A stretch of DNA of 64,000 nucleotides, taken from contig WTJK01000017.1 in NCBI GenBank assembly GCA_011524855.1, positions 13,054 to 77,053 of the forward strand. Reading direction: 5' to 3'. The DNA comes from Methanobacteriota archaeon. Its GTDB lineage: Archaea > Thermoplasmatota > Poseidoniia > Poseidoniales > Poseidoniaceae. The first letter of the stretch is position 1. Every line of letters begins with the position of its first letter. The position numbers were made by a program, and so were the translations under genes. The notes below the pieces were generated by a model. The model was given only the letters and a program-made list of their open reading frames with translations. It did no database searches and was not told where the DNA came from. This document shows positions 52,486-61,618 of the stretch, one piece after another.

Positions 52486-53036
52486 GTGCGGTCACGCAGC
52501 ATGGTAGCCGTGGCCAACACCGAACGCACGAGGTTCTCGAGCCGTTCAACAATGGACGGATCCACCAATCTTCCGTCCTCGTCAAACGCCTCTTTGACAT
52601 GACCAACGGCGAGTTGTTCGGGCACGGGCCAAGCGTGCAACCAGCGGCATGCGATTCTCATGTGATTCAGCGTGTTGGCATTGGTCACGCCCCCGAGGGT
52701 GGACATCAAGCCAACGGCTTTTCCACCGACGTGTTTGTCGTACATCCAGTCCAGCGTGTTCTTCATCACGCCCGACATGGTTCCGTGATATTCGGGTGAT
52801 GACAACAGGACGGCGTCGGCGTTAGTAACCGACTCTTGAAACGCCGCCACATGAGGGTGCGACCAACAACCGTCTTCGCCCACCAGCGGGAGCGGGTGTG
52901 TCGCGAGGTCCCAAAATTCGATGTCTGCTCCTGCTTCTTGTGCGATCTCAAGGGCCAGGTTGGCCAACATGCCTGATTTGGAGGAGGAACGGTACTCACC
53001 AGCAAGGGCAAGAACTCGGAGCGGTCGTTGACTCAT
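52482..53036 (-). CDS. NAD(P)H-dependent FMN reductase (flavodoxin-like fold).
   Basis: 'LRVLALAGEYRSSSKSGMLA' and 'AVLLSSPEYHGTMSGVMKNTLDW' match the family. Its stop overlaps the start of the FGE-like gene, which suggests they are translationally coupled. Confidence 0.7.
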   Translation of the reverse strand: MSQRPLRVLALAGEYRSSSKSGMLANLALEIAQEAGADIEFWDLATHPLPLVGEDGCWSHPHVAAFQESVTNADAVLLSSPEYHGTMSGVMKNTLDWMYDKHVGGKAVGLMSTLGGVTNANTLNHMRIACRWLHAWPVPEQLAVGHVKEAFDEDGRLVDPSIVERLENLVRSVLATATMLRDRT

Positions 53037-53153
53037 GGGTGAACGATGGGCCCGAGGCACATGAAGGTGTTCGTTGCACATCGTCCAAGCCTCTCGCAGG
53101 AAGAGACAACACTTATTGGCGAATGGACACTCGTTTCAAACAAGTGAGTCCAC

Positions 53154-55442
53154 ATGAACAGCGATGGTGATGGCGCCAACATGGCAGGGCTCGAAAACGC
53201 CGTTCTTCAAGGGATGGATGACGCTTTGGCTGCCGTAAAAAACGATGAGGTAGAATCCTCGGCAGCGGCCCAACCATCCCCGTCCGATTCATTCCCTGAA
53301 CTGGCGTCTGTTGAAGACACCACGGCCATGGTTGAAGGGCTGTTGCAGACCGGTGAAGAACGGAGCAAGAAGGGGGACGTCAAAGGCGCCCTTGCAGCGT
53401 TTAACAAAGCCATCGCGCTTGACCCTGCATCGGACATGGCATGGTTCAACCGAGGTGTGCTGCTTGAGGCGCAACAGGACGCCCGTGGAGCCCGCCAAGC
53501 GTTCCAAATTTGTCTTGATCTCAACGAAGACCATGCCCCTGCGACGGCCAACATGGCCATTCTGCTGGAGCGAATCGGTGATTTGGAAGGGGCCCACGCC
53601 ATGGCCACCAAAGCGCTGTCCTTCTACCCGGGCCACCCGATGTTGGTTGAGTTGCAAACCCGCACCAAGGACAGCGGCCTGGCGGTGCCGATGGAGGCCA
53701 TGAAGCCCTCGCTTGATGTGCAACAAACGGTCGACATGGAGGTCGTCCAACAGGTGGCCGAAAAAGCCGGCATTGAGGACGCCGAGGCACTCCTCCAGGA
53801 GGCCATGCATCACGATCACGACCATGATGATACAATTTCAACAGAGGAATTGGAAAGCGCCGCAGCCGTCGTCGTGGCCACCCAAAGCATCAGCCAAAAT
53901 TTGAACAGCACCAACGCTGAACCTCCTTCGCCGGTTACGGAAACACCAACGGTGGATGCACCGGTCGTTGACCTGGATGCCCTCAGTGAACAGGCCACGG
54001 ACCTGCTCAAATCGGGTCAAGCCAAAGAAGCCCTGCAACTGCTCAAACCTCACTTGAAAACCGTGGGTGCACAGCACGCCAACGCATGGCGTGTGGCAGG
54101 CGGTGCGATGGCCCGCATGAAACTTGACACCCACGCCATGGCCGCCATGTCTCACGCACAAAACTTGGATTCAACGCATGCGGCCGGCTGGTTCAATCTT
54201 GGCTCCATTCAACAACGAAACGACATGAACACCGAGGCGATTCAAGCGTACAAACGCGCCATGGCAGCCGATGCATCGTACGTCAAAGCCGGAGAAAAAA
54301 TGGCGCATTTGGCAGAGGAAAAGGGATGGATTGACCACTACCTCGACGCCTGTCGCAGCGTGACGGCTCACGACCCAACGCACCCACTCCGTCAAGCCCT
54401 GATCGACACGCTCCTTCAGTTGGCCAGCGGTGAACACGATGCGCTGGAGCACGCAGCTGGCCTTCCACCCACCGTTCCCGCCGGTCCGGAGCTGGCGAGT
54501 GAAGCCCTCACGCTTCTGGAGGACGTCTCCACACCTGAACGAGCACGTGCCTTGTCGTTGTCCCTTCAACACAGCGATGCGGTGCTGATGTGGAAAGGGC
54601 TGATTCAAAACGACCAACACGCAGCAGAACATTGGACAGGGCTCGCACGTGCGCTCGAACGAGCGGGTGACGAGGCGACGGCTGCGAAGTGCCACGCGAA
54701 AGCGGCTGCCCTTGGTTCGCATGCACCCGCAGCAACGCCTTCTCTTACCCCCAACGAGCCACCCGCCGTACCCGTGCTGACGGTGCCCAACCCCGAACCG
54801 TCCAACCCAGGGTTTCCCGATCTCGGTCAGCCATCAGCACCATCCACGCCATCACCCATCAACGCAGCTGCTGATCTCCTGATGCAGCCCCTTCAACCGG
54901 TCCAACCAGCAACGACCGTCGCCCCGGCTGCTCAGCCACAGGTCGACTTGGCCAAGGCAGCCTTGGACGCAGCCCAAACGGTCGCGAGGACGCAACCCCA
55001 GACGACGGCGTCGAGTTCCGTCGCGAATCAGGACATCGCCTGGTTCAATCAAGGGGTCCAGTTGATCGAGGATGGGAAATACCGCGAGGCCCTTTCTTCA
55101 TTTGACAAAGCCCTGCCCGCCTTTGCTGGTGACGATGACATGATCATCCGCATTTTGAACAACCGAGGCAACGCCTTCTATTTCCTCGAAGAATACCCCA
55201 AATGCGTTGAAGCGTACCACCAAGCCATGACAATTCGGCCCACCGAAGTTCGTGGAGAAACCCTCTACAACATGGGGACAGCCTACGCCGAAATGGAACG
55301 CTACGCCGACGCCATCAAGTGCTTTGAGCAAGCCATCCCCCGCGGTCTGGACAACGCTGCATCAAAACGAGCCAAGGATCAAATCCGACGATGCAGAATC
55401 CTCCAAAAAGCCCTTGAGAAGAAAATGAAACGCCGCCGTTGA
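53154..55442 (+). CDS. Large TPR-repeat protein.
   Basis: Multiple 34-aa TPR-like units (e.g. 'GALAAFNKAIALDPASDMAWFNRGVLLEAQQDARGARQAFQICLDLN', 'EAIQAYKRAMAADASYVKA', 'KCVEAYHQAMTIRP'). Confidence 0.7.
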   Translation: MNSDGDGANMAGLENAVLQGMDDALAAVKNDEVESSAAAQPSPSDSFPELASVEDTTAMVEGLLQTGEERSKKGDVKGALAAFNKAIALDPASDMAWFNRGVLLEAQQDARGARQAFQICLDLNEDHAPATANMAILLERIGDLEGAHAMATKALSFYPGHPMLVELQTRTKDSGLAVPMEAMKPSLDVQQTVDMEVVQQVAEKAGIEDAEALLQEAMHHDHDHDDTISTEELESAAAVVVATQSISQNLNSTNAEPPSPVTETPTVDAPVVDLDALSEQATDLLKSGQAKEALQLLKPHLKTVGAQHANAWRVAGGAMARMKLDTHAMAAMSHAQNLDSTHAAGWFNLGSIQQRNDMNTEAIQAYKRAMAADASYVKAGEKMAHLAEEKGWIDHYLDACRSVTAHDPTHPLRQALIDTLLQLASGEHDALEHAAGLPPTVPAGPELASEALTLLEDVSTPERARALSLSLQHSDAVLMWKGLIQNDQHAAEHWTGLARALERAGDEATAAKCHAKAAALGSHAPAATPSLTPNEPPAVPVLTVPNPEPSNPGFPDLGQPSAPSTPSPINAAADLLMQPLQPVQPATTVAPAAQPQVDLAKAALDAAQTVARTQPQTTASSSVANQDIAWFNQGVQLIEDGKYREALSSFDKALPAFAGDDDMIIRILNNRGNAFYFLEEYPKCVEAYHQAMTIRPTEVRGETLYNMGTAYAEMERYADAIKCFEQAIPRGLDNAASKRAKDQIRRCRILQKALEKKMKRRR

Positions 55443-55458
55443 ACACGGTTCAGCGTCT

Positions 55459-55881
55459 TTGTTTGGTCAAGTTCAAAAACCAGCCCCGCCTGCGTTCATC
55501 ATGGACTGTGGAACGTGCGAGTCAGCCTCACCCGTTGTGGTCAACGCCCCTAAGGAAGTGGACGTGTCGTTGACCATGACCACCAAAGCGGTGGAAATGC
55601 TCAGCGATGCCTTTGGAGACGATCGTTCCCATGCACTCCTCGTCGGTGTGCTCAGCGGGGGTTGCTCCGGCTACATGTACGACCTGCAAATCGTGGAATC
55701 CACCGAAACCCCGTGCCAAGAATTGGACATTGATGGGTTCAAGGTCTTGGTTCCCCGTGCTTCAAGCCACCTCCTCGATGGCATCGAAATCGACTACGTG
55801 GACCGTCTCATGGGCGGTGGCTTCAAAATCAACAATCCCAATGCTTCGGCTTCGTGCGGATGCGGTGAATCCTTCTCCTGA
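55459..55881 (+). CDS. Fe-S cluster assembly A-type carrier (IscA/SufA/ErpA family).
   Basis: 'LLVGVLSGGCSGYMY' and C-terminal 'CGCGESFS' are the three A-type carrier cysteines. The true start may be an internal ATG. Confidence 0.75.
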   Translation: MFGQVQKPAPPAFIMDCGTCESASPVVVNAPKEVDVSLTMTTKAVEMLSDAFGDDRSHALLVGVLSGGCSGYMYDLQIVESTETPCQELDIDGFKVLVPRASSHLLDGIEIDYVDRLMGGGFKINNPNASASCGCGESFS

Positions 55882-55889
55882 GGCATTGC

Positions 55890-56543
55890 ATGCTCGTTCG
55901 GGACCATTCAGCCTCGGTTCTCTGGTGCGAAGGAAACGATACCCTTGCGTTCATCAACGGTTTATCCACCAACCTTGTCGACGGTCCTTGTACCACCGTG
56001 GTGCTGACACCACAGGCAAAAATCGTGGACGTCGTGGACGTCATTTGTTTGCCTAACGGCGTGGCGTTGGTTGGTTCTGCTGCCAACCGTGCCAGCCTTC
56101 TCAGCCACCTCTCTCAACGGATGCTCGGTCGCGATGTCAGCCTTCGAGATGTATCTGCACTCAATCAAGTTCTCCTTTGCAATGTTCAGCCCGAGCCTGA
56201 ACCGGGTGTAACCGTGCACAAGAGTTTCTTCGGATGGATGCGGATCGCACCGCTTGCAAAATCGTTGGAGCCAAACTGGGAGGACGACGATTGGAACGAA
56301 CATCGTGTGATGGCCATGCTCCCCTACCACGGCCATGAGATCACCGGACGGCACCACCCCCTTGCGTGCGGCCTTGAATCGTTGGTCCACGAACAAAAGG
56401 GGTGCTACACAGGTCAAGAGTTGATGGCCCGCATGCGATCAAGAGGACGCCAGGGGCATCGACTTGTTCGCCTGGCCGGTCAACCCGAAGGCGCAACGAC
56501 AATCGGACGAACCCATTCGTTGGCTATCGAACGCGACAGTTGA
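55890..56543 (+). CDS. YgfZ/CAF17-family folate-binding Fe-S cluster repair/tRNA-modification protein.
   Basis: 'HEQKGCYTGQELMAR' carries the KGCY.GQE signature. It pairs with the adjacent IscA gene. Confidence 0.65.
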   Translation: MLVRDHSASVLWCEGNDTLAFINGLSTNLVDGPCTTVVLTPQAKIVDVVDVICLPNGVALVGSAANRASLLSHLSQRMLGRDVSLRDVSALNQVLLCNVQPEPEPGVTVHKSFFGWMRIAPLAKSLEPNWEDDDWNEHRVMAMLPYHGHEITGRHHPLACGLESLVHEQKGCYTGQELMARMRSRGRQGHRLVRLAGQPEGATTIGRTHSLAIERDS

Positions 56544-56584
56544 CAACTGGGCCCGTCTGCTCGACCCTGCTTCGCCAACGTCGC

Positions 56585-57529
56585 TCAATAACCAAGCAAA
56601 TCGCTCAGCTGTGATTTGTAAAATTCACCCGAACCTTGCAGCGACGACAGTTCTTCTTCGGTCAGCTCGAGTTCGAACATGCGTTCAACTCCGCGAGCAC
56701 CAATGATGCATGGAACGCCGATGTACACGTCGTCGAGACCGTACTGACCGGTTAGCAAACAAGAGGCGGGGAGAAGCCGCTTGCGGTCGTTGAGGACGGA
56801 TTCAGCCATGATCGCCGCTGCAGAACCCGGTGCGTAAAACGCGGAACCACGCTCAAGCAACTTTACGATCTCACCGCCGCCCCCGGCGGTCCGTGCGCTG
56901 ATGGCCGCGATGGTATCCTGGTCCATGAGTTGCGTGATGGGGATCCCGCCAACCGTGGTGTACCGTGGCAGCGGCACCATCGTGTCGCCGTGGCCACCCA
57001 ACACCATGGGCGACACGTCTTCTTCTGCACAGCCAATTTCAAGAGCAATGAAGTGAGCCATGCGTGCACTGTCAAGCACACCTGCTTGGCCAATAACCCG
57101 TTCTGCAGGGAAACCCGTGACTTTTTGCATGTGGTAGGTCATCAAATCCAGCGGATTGGTGACCACGATCACCACGCTCTCGGGAGCGTGTTCTTTGATG
57201 CCGGTGCCAACCTGCGTCACAATGTCGGCGTTCTTTCCGATCAGGTCTTCTCGAGTCATGCCCGGTTGTCGCGGGAAACCCGACGTCACGACCACCACAT
57301 CTGCACCTGCGATGTCCTCGTAGGAGCTGGTTCCCGTGATGGCGCCGTCGTAATTGAGCACGTTTGCATTTTGTGACATGTCGAGGGCTTTCCCTCGAGC
57401 AAAACCTTCGTGGATGTCAAGCAACACCACGTCGCCGAGGTTCTTCTGCGCCAACACAAAGGCGCACGTTGCACCCACATTTCCTGCTCCAATCACTGCG
57501 ATTTTTCGTCGACCGGCTGCCATTTTCAT
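56585..57529 (-). CDS. mdh: Malate dehydrogenase (LDH-like MDH).
   Basis: 'KIAVIGAGNVGATCAF' Rossmann motif, 'GFPRQPGMTR' (substrate-specificity Arg) and 'VIGQAGVLDSARM'. Confidence 0.85.
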   Translation of the reverse strand: MKMAAGRRKIAVIGAGNVGATCAFVLAQKNLGDVVLLDIHEGFARGKALDMSQNANVLNYDGAITGTSSYEDIAGADVVVVTSGFPRQPGMTREDLIGKNADIVTQVGTGIKEHAPESVVIVVTNPLDLMTYHMQKVTGFPAERVIGQAGVLDSARMAHFIALEIGCAEEDVSPMVLGGHGDTMVPLPRYTTVGGIPITQLMDQDTIAAISARTAGGGGEIVKLLERGSAFYAPGSAAAIMAESVLNDRKRLLPASCLLTGQYGLDDVYIGVPCIIGARGVERMFELELTEEELSSLQGSGEFYKSQLSDLLGY

Positions 57530-57677
57530 CACCTGCACCCCTACCACCGGTTGCAGGCACATAAGGACCGTGGTCTGCCGGTACGGTCGAACGAAAGCAA
57601 GACAGAAACAACCCGAGCGTGGTATCTAAAAACCCCCTTTTGGTGGCGGAAGTGTCCCACACCTCGTGGGCGGTGAG

Positions 57678-58856
57678 ATGAACGGCATGAAACTCGGTGT
57701 ACCAAAGGAACCAACCGGCGAACAGCGTGTTGGCATCGTCCCATCCAGCATGAAAAAACTCGCAAAAGCAGGGTTCGAAGTTTATGTCGAATCCGGTGCT
57801 GGCGTCGCTGCCAACTACCTCGACCAGGACTACATCGACGCAGGTGCTCACGTCGTCAGTCGAGCCGAAGCCATGGCATGCGAAAACATCGTTGCCGTTC
57901 GGTTCCCGGGTCTTGAAGGCGTGGCTGCTGGAACCAACCTGGCCTGCGTGGCTGACCCGTTCCGACACCCAGAACACGTGAAGGCCTGCATGGAAGCCAA
58001 CGTGACGTTGCTGTCCATGGACATGATTCCTCGCCGACTCTCCCGTGCTCAAAGCATGGACGTCAACTCCAGCCAGGACAACTTGGCCGGTTACAAAGCC
58101 GTCTTGCTCGGTGCATCACACGTCCCCAAGGGCATCCCAATGATGACCACCTCTGCAGGCACCGTTCGACCTGCCAAAGTGGTGATCATGGGCTCGGGCG
58201 TCGCCGGCCTCCAAGCCATCGCCACCGCCAAGCGTTTGGGCGCTGTCGTCTACGCCTCCGATGTGCGAAAGAGTGCAGCAGAACAAATCGAATCCGTTGG
58301 TGGTCGATTCATCGAGGTGGATGGCATGGACGATTTTGAGGACGAATCGGGGTACGCCAAGCCGTTGACACCCGAGTTCATCCAGAAAGTCAACGACACC
58401 GTTTGCGGGGTCGCTGCCGACGCTGACATCATCGTGACCACTGCTCGAATTTTCGGACGTCCCGCCCCCATCACCGTCCCTGCGAGTGCGGTTGCCTCGT
58501 TCAAACCGGGTGCCGTGGTCGTCGACATGAACGCCGACGTCGGTGGAAATTGTGAATCGACGATTCCCGGTGAAATCACGGTCACAGAAAACGGCGTTAT
58601 CGTGGTGGGCACCTCCAACCTTCCGGGCACGTTGGCCACCACATCGAGCATGCTCTATTCCAACAACCTGACCACCTTCTACACCTCCCTTGTGGACAAG
58701 GAATCGGGTGCGGTCACGATTGCCGACGACGACGATATTCTGGTCGGCGCTCCCGAGGGCTCCGACTTCTATGTGAGCGGCATGGGTGGCGTCCTCATTT
58801 GCAAAGACGGGACCATTCATCCCAAACAAACTCGCCTCGCAGGGGTGGTTGAATGA
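57678..58856 (+). CDS. pntA: NAD(P) transhydrogenase alpha subunit part 1 (PntAA).
   Basis: 'KLGVPKEPTGEQRVGIVP' and 'VVIMGSGVAGLQAIATAKRLGA' match the AlaDH/PNT family. Confidence 0.8.
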   Translation: MNGMKLGVPKEPTGEQRVGIVPSSMKKLAKAGFEVYVESGAGVAANYLDQDYIDAGAHVVSRAEAMACENIVAVRFPGLEGVAAGTNLACVADPFRHPEHVKACMEANVTLLSMDMIPRRLSRAQSMDVNSSQDNLAGYKAVLLGASHVPKGIPMMTTSAGTVRPAKVVIMGSGVAGLQAIATAKRLGAVVYASDVRKSAAEQIESVGGRFIEVDGMDDFEDESGYAKPLTPEFIQKVNDTVCGVAADADIIVTTARIFGRPAPITVPASAVASFKPGAVVVDMNADVGGNCESTIPGEITVTENGVIVVGTSNLPGTLATTSSMLYSNNLTTFYTSLVDKESGAVTIADDDDILVGAPEGSDFYVSGMGGVLICKDGTIHPKQTRLAGVVE

Positions 58857-59164
58857 TTACAGAAGCCTCTTTGATCGCTAACTTGACGCTCTTCATGCTT
58901 GCCATTTTCCTTGGATTTGAACTCATCACCAAGGTCCCCGCCACCCTCCACACACCGCTCATGAGCGGAGCCAACGCCATCTCAGGCATCAGCGTGGTCG
59001 GCGCATTGCTCGGAGCGAACGTTGCTTACAAAGGAGGCGCGACCGCCGTTTCGGGGTTGCTCGCTTTCGTTGCACTGGTGCTGGCCATGATCAACGTGGT
59101 CGGTGGTTTTGCTGTCACCAACCGAATGCTGAACATGATCGCCGGCAAGAACAGGAGGGCTTGA
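58853..59164 (+). CDS. NAD(P) transhydrogenase alpha subunit part 2 (PntAB, membrane).
   Basis: About 100 aa with three TM helices, 'HTPLMSGANAISGISVVGALL'. Sits between pntAA and pntB. Confidence 0.75.
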   Translation: MITEASLIANLTLFMLAIFLGFELITKVPATLHTPLMSGANAISGISVVGALLGANVAYKGGATAVSGLLAFVALVLAMINVVGGFAVTNRMLNMIAGKNRRA

Positions 59165-59165
59165 G

Positions 59166-60587
59166 ATGGAGGCATGGATTCCGCTTGGCTACCTGCTTTC
59201 TGCCGCCCTCTTCATCTTTGGTTTGAAGAAACTCGGCCACCCTCGTACCGCACCTCGAGGCAATCAGTACGGTGCCTTGGGCATGTTGGTGGCCGTCATC
59301 ACCACGGTCATTGACATGCAACTCGCCGACGGCGGGTTGAACCTCGAACTCATCGTGGCCGGGTTGGTCATCGGTTCCATCATCGGGATCATCATGGCCG
59401 TGAAGGTCGAGATGACCGGTATGCCGGAATTGGTGGCGTTGTTCAACGGATTCGGTGGGGCAGCTTCGGCTTTGGTGGCACTCTCTGAAACCTGGAAGTA
59501 CATCGAGGACTCATCCCTTGACCTCCCCACCGGTCTTTCCTTGCAAGTCGTGGTCGTCGCCGCAGGATTGTCGGCGCTGGTCGGTTGGATGACGCTCACC
59601 GGTTCGATCCTGGCCATGTTCAAGCTAAAGGGCGGTGTTGAACTCTTTGGCAAGTGGTTCAGCACACCAACGTGGGGTCCTGCTTGGCTCAACCCCGTCA
59701 AGGTGTTGCTTACCATCAGTGTGCTGGCTTTGATCGTGATGTCGATCAACGACCCAACCAACACGACCTACCTCTGGGCCATCATCATCATCTCGTGCTT
59801 GCTCGGCATCATTCTCGTGCTCCCCATCGGCGGTGCCGACATGCCTGTCGTTGTCTCTCTGCTCAACTCACTTTCAGGCATTGCCGCTGCGTTCACGGGT
59901 TTCATCATCAGCAATCCCGTGTTGATCGTGGCCGGTTCCCTCGTTGGTGCATCTGGGCTGATCCTGACATTCATCATGTGCAAAGCGATGAATCGGACCC
60001 TGCCAGATGTGCTCTTCAAGTCCTTTGGTGGCAGCACCAAAGAGAAGGTCACGCGAACCAAGGTTGGTTCGGACCCCGACGAAGTGGCCATGATGGTGGA
60101 CGGCGCTCAAAAGGTCATCATTGTCCCCGGATACGGCATGGCTGTGTCCCAATGCCAGCATCAGGTCAAAGAATTCGGCGATTTGCTCGAGGAAAAATTC
60201 GGAACCGAGGTCAAATACGCCATTCACCCGGTTGCTGGCCGCATGCCCGGTCACATGAACGTGCTCCTCGCTGAAGCGAACGTGCCGTACGAGCAACTCA
60301 TCGAAATGGACGAAATCAACCCGGAATTCCCTGAATGCGATGTCGCCGTGATCATCGGTGCCAACGACACCTGCAACCCCGCTGCTCGAACCGGCGAAGG
60401 CCCGCTCGCTGGAATGCCCATCATTGACGCGGACCAAGCCCGGACCGTTGTCATCATCAAGCGCTCCCTCTCTGTTGGCTACGCCGGTGTTGACAACGAC
60501 CTGTTTTACATGGACAAGACCATGATGCTGTTTGGTGACGGGAAGGCCATGATGACCGGTCTGAACAACGCCATCAAAGAGGTCTAA
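59166..60587 (+). CDS. pntB: NAD(P) transhydrogenase beta subunit PntB.
   Basis: N-terminal TM domain plus C-terminal dIII 'VIIVPGYGMAVSQCQHQV...HPVAGRMPGHMNVLLAEA...VIIGANDTCNP'. Confidence 0.85.
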   Translation: MEAWIPLGYLLSAALFIFGLKKLGHPRTAPRGNQYGALGMLVAVITTVIDMQLADGGLNLELIVAGLVIGSIIGIIMAVKVEMTGMPELVALFNGFGGAASALVALSETWKYIEDSSLDLPTGLSLQVVVVAAGLSALVGWMTLTGSILAMFKLKGGVELFGKWFSTPTWGPAWLNPVKVLLTISVLALIVMSINDPTNTTYLWAIIIISCLLGIILVLPIGGADMPVVVSLLNSLSGIAAAFTGFIISNPVLIVAGSLVGASGLILTFIMCKAMNRTLPDVLFKSFGGSTKEKVTRTKVGSDPDEVAMMVDGAQKVIIVPGYGMAVSQCQHQVKEFGDLLEEKFGTEVKYAIHPVAGRMPGHMNVLLAEANVPYEQLIEMDEINPEFPECDVAVIIGANDTCNPAARTGEGPLAGMPIIDADQARTVVIIKRSLSVGYAGVDNDLFYMDKTMMLFGDGKAMMTGLNNAIKEV

Positions 60588-60655
60588 TCGTTGCCCTCCT
60601 CGCAACCTTGAAGGAACATTCAAAGAGCCTTGGGGATTCCAAACAAACAGGTGAG

Positions 60656-61618
60656 CAGATGCAGCGACGCAACCGTAACATCTCGTTGATGATTCTTCTC
60701 ACCTTGATGCTCGCAGCGCCTGCGCTGGGCAACCCGAACGGTCCGCCTTGGGACGCTGGCGGTGGCAGTTTGGTCATCGATAACGGGTGCACCTGCCACG
60801 GTGGCGGTGCCCCATCAACCGAAGTTGTGGTCTCCGTTTCCAACGTGCCTCGCGCCTACAACCTGAGCGAAACCTACGAGTTCACCATCTCACTGCAACA
60901 CGCATCAAACGCAGACGGTGGGTTCCTGTTCTACGACTTTGGTGTTGGAACCCTCCTTGCCGGCGAAGGATCACAAACCGTGCCCGACGAACCTGGAGCG
61001 CTCTCGCAGAGCGAACCTGGCAACGATTGGGTCGTTCAGTGGGTGGCGCCCGCTACGGACGAAGGACCGGTGTACTTCCAACTCGTTGGCAACGCCGTCA
61101 ACGGCAACGGAGCCCCAGATGAAGGGGACAAGTGGAACATCCTTGGCTTCACGATTGGAGCACCCGGCGACGTTGAAATCAGCACCGATGAAGACATCAC
61201 GATGCGGACCATCAGCGTGGGTGATTACGATTCCCTCTTCGTCGCTGAAGAAGATCCAGAAGCCATCGAAGCTGCCCGCCAAGAGGGCATCGCCCACAAT
61301 TTCTTTGAGAACGGCAACTTGTACTACTGGACCACTCTTTCCCTCATCATTGTGGCTGCGGTCATTCAGGGCGAATTCTACGAACGTCGATTTGGAGGTG
61401 GCCCGCCCCACCTTGACCGTCGCCTCGCCATTCCCCAAGGCCTTCGCCGAGGCGCCTTGGCCGCTGGTCTTGCTCTCCTGTTTGCGTACATCGTGGACGA
61501 CGGCATGCCGTGGGGATACGCCCTGGTGACGGGTATGTTGACCCTCTGGGCGATCTACGGCGTCTATCGCACCATCGTCCAGGCACGTGCGCCCCAACAA
61601 TACACCGATTTGGTGTGA
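60656..61618 (+). CDS. Secreted/membrane-anchored protein with a single CxxCH motif (possible mono-heme c-type cytochrome) and a C-terminal TM region.
   Basis: Signal 'ISLMILLTLMLAAPALG', then 'NGCTCHGGGAP', a beta-rich domain, and C-terminal TM helices 'LYYWTTLSLIIVAAVI' and 'ALAAGLALLFAYIV'. Confidence 0.4.
   Translation, partial: QMQRRNRNISLMILLTLMLAAPALGNPNGPPWDAGGGSLVIDNGCTCHGGGAPSTEVVVSVSNVPRAYNLSETYEFTISLQHASNADGGFLFYDFGVGTLLAGEGSQTVPDEPGALSQSEPGNDWVVQWVAPATDEGPVYFQLVGNAVNGNGAPDEGDKWNILGFTIGAPGDVEISTDEDITMRTISVGDYDSLFVAEEDPEAIEAARQEGIAHNFFENGNLYYWTTLSLIIVAAVIQGEFYERRFGGGPPHLDRRLAIPQGLRRGALAAGLALLFAYIVDDGMPWGYALVTGMLTLWAIYGVYRTIVQARAPQQYTDLV

Noticed and set aside
59654-60623. A 206-aa plus-strand Arg/His-rich ORF and a 249-aa minus-strand ORF inside pntB.
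   Set aside because: They are alternative-frame or antisense ORFs within a highly conserved CDS.
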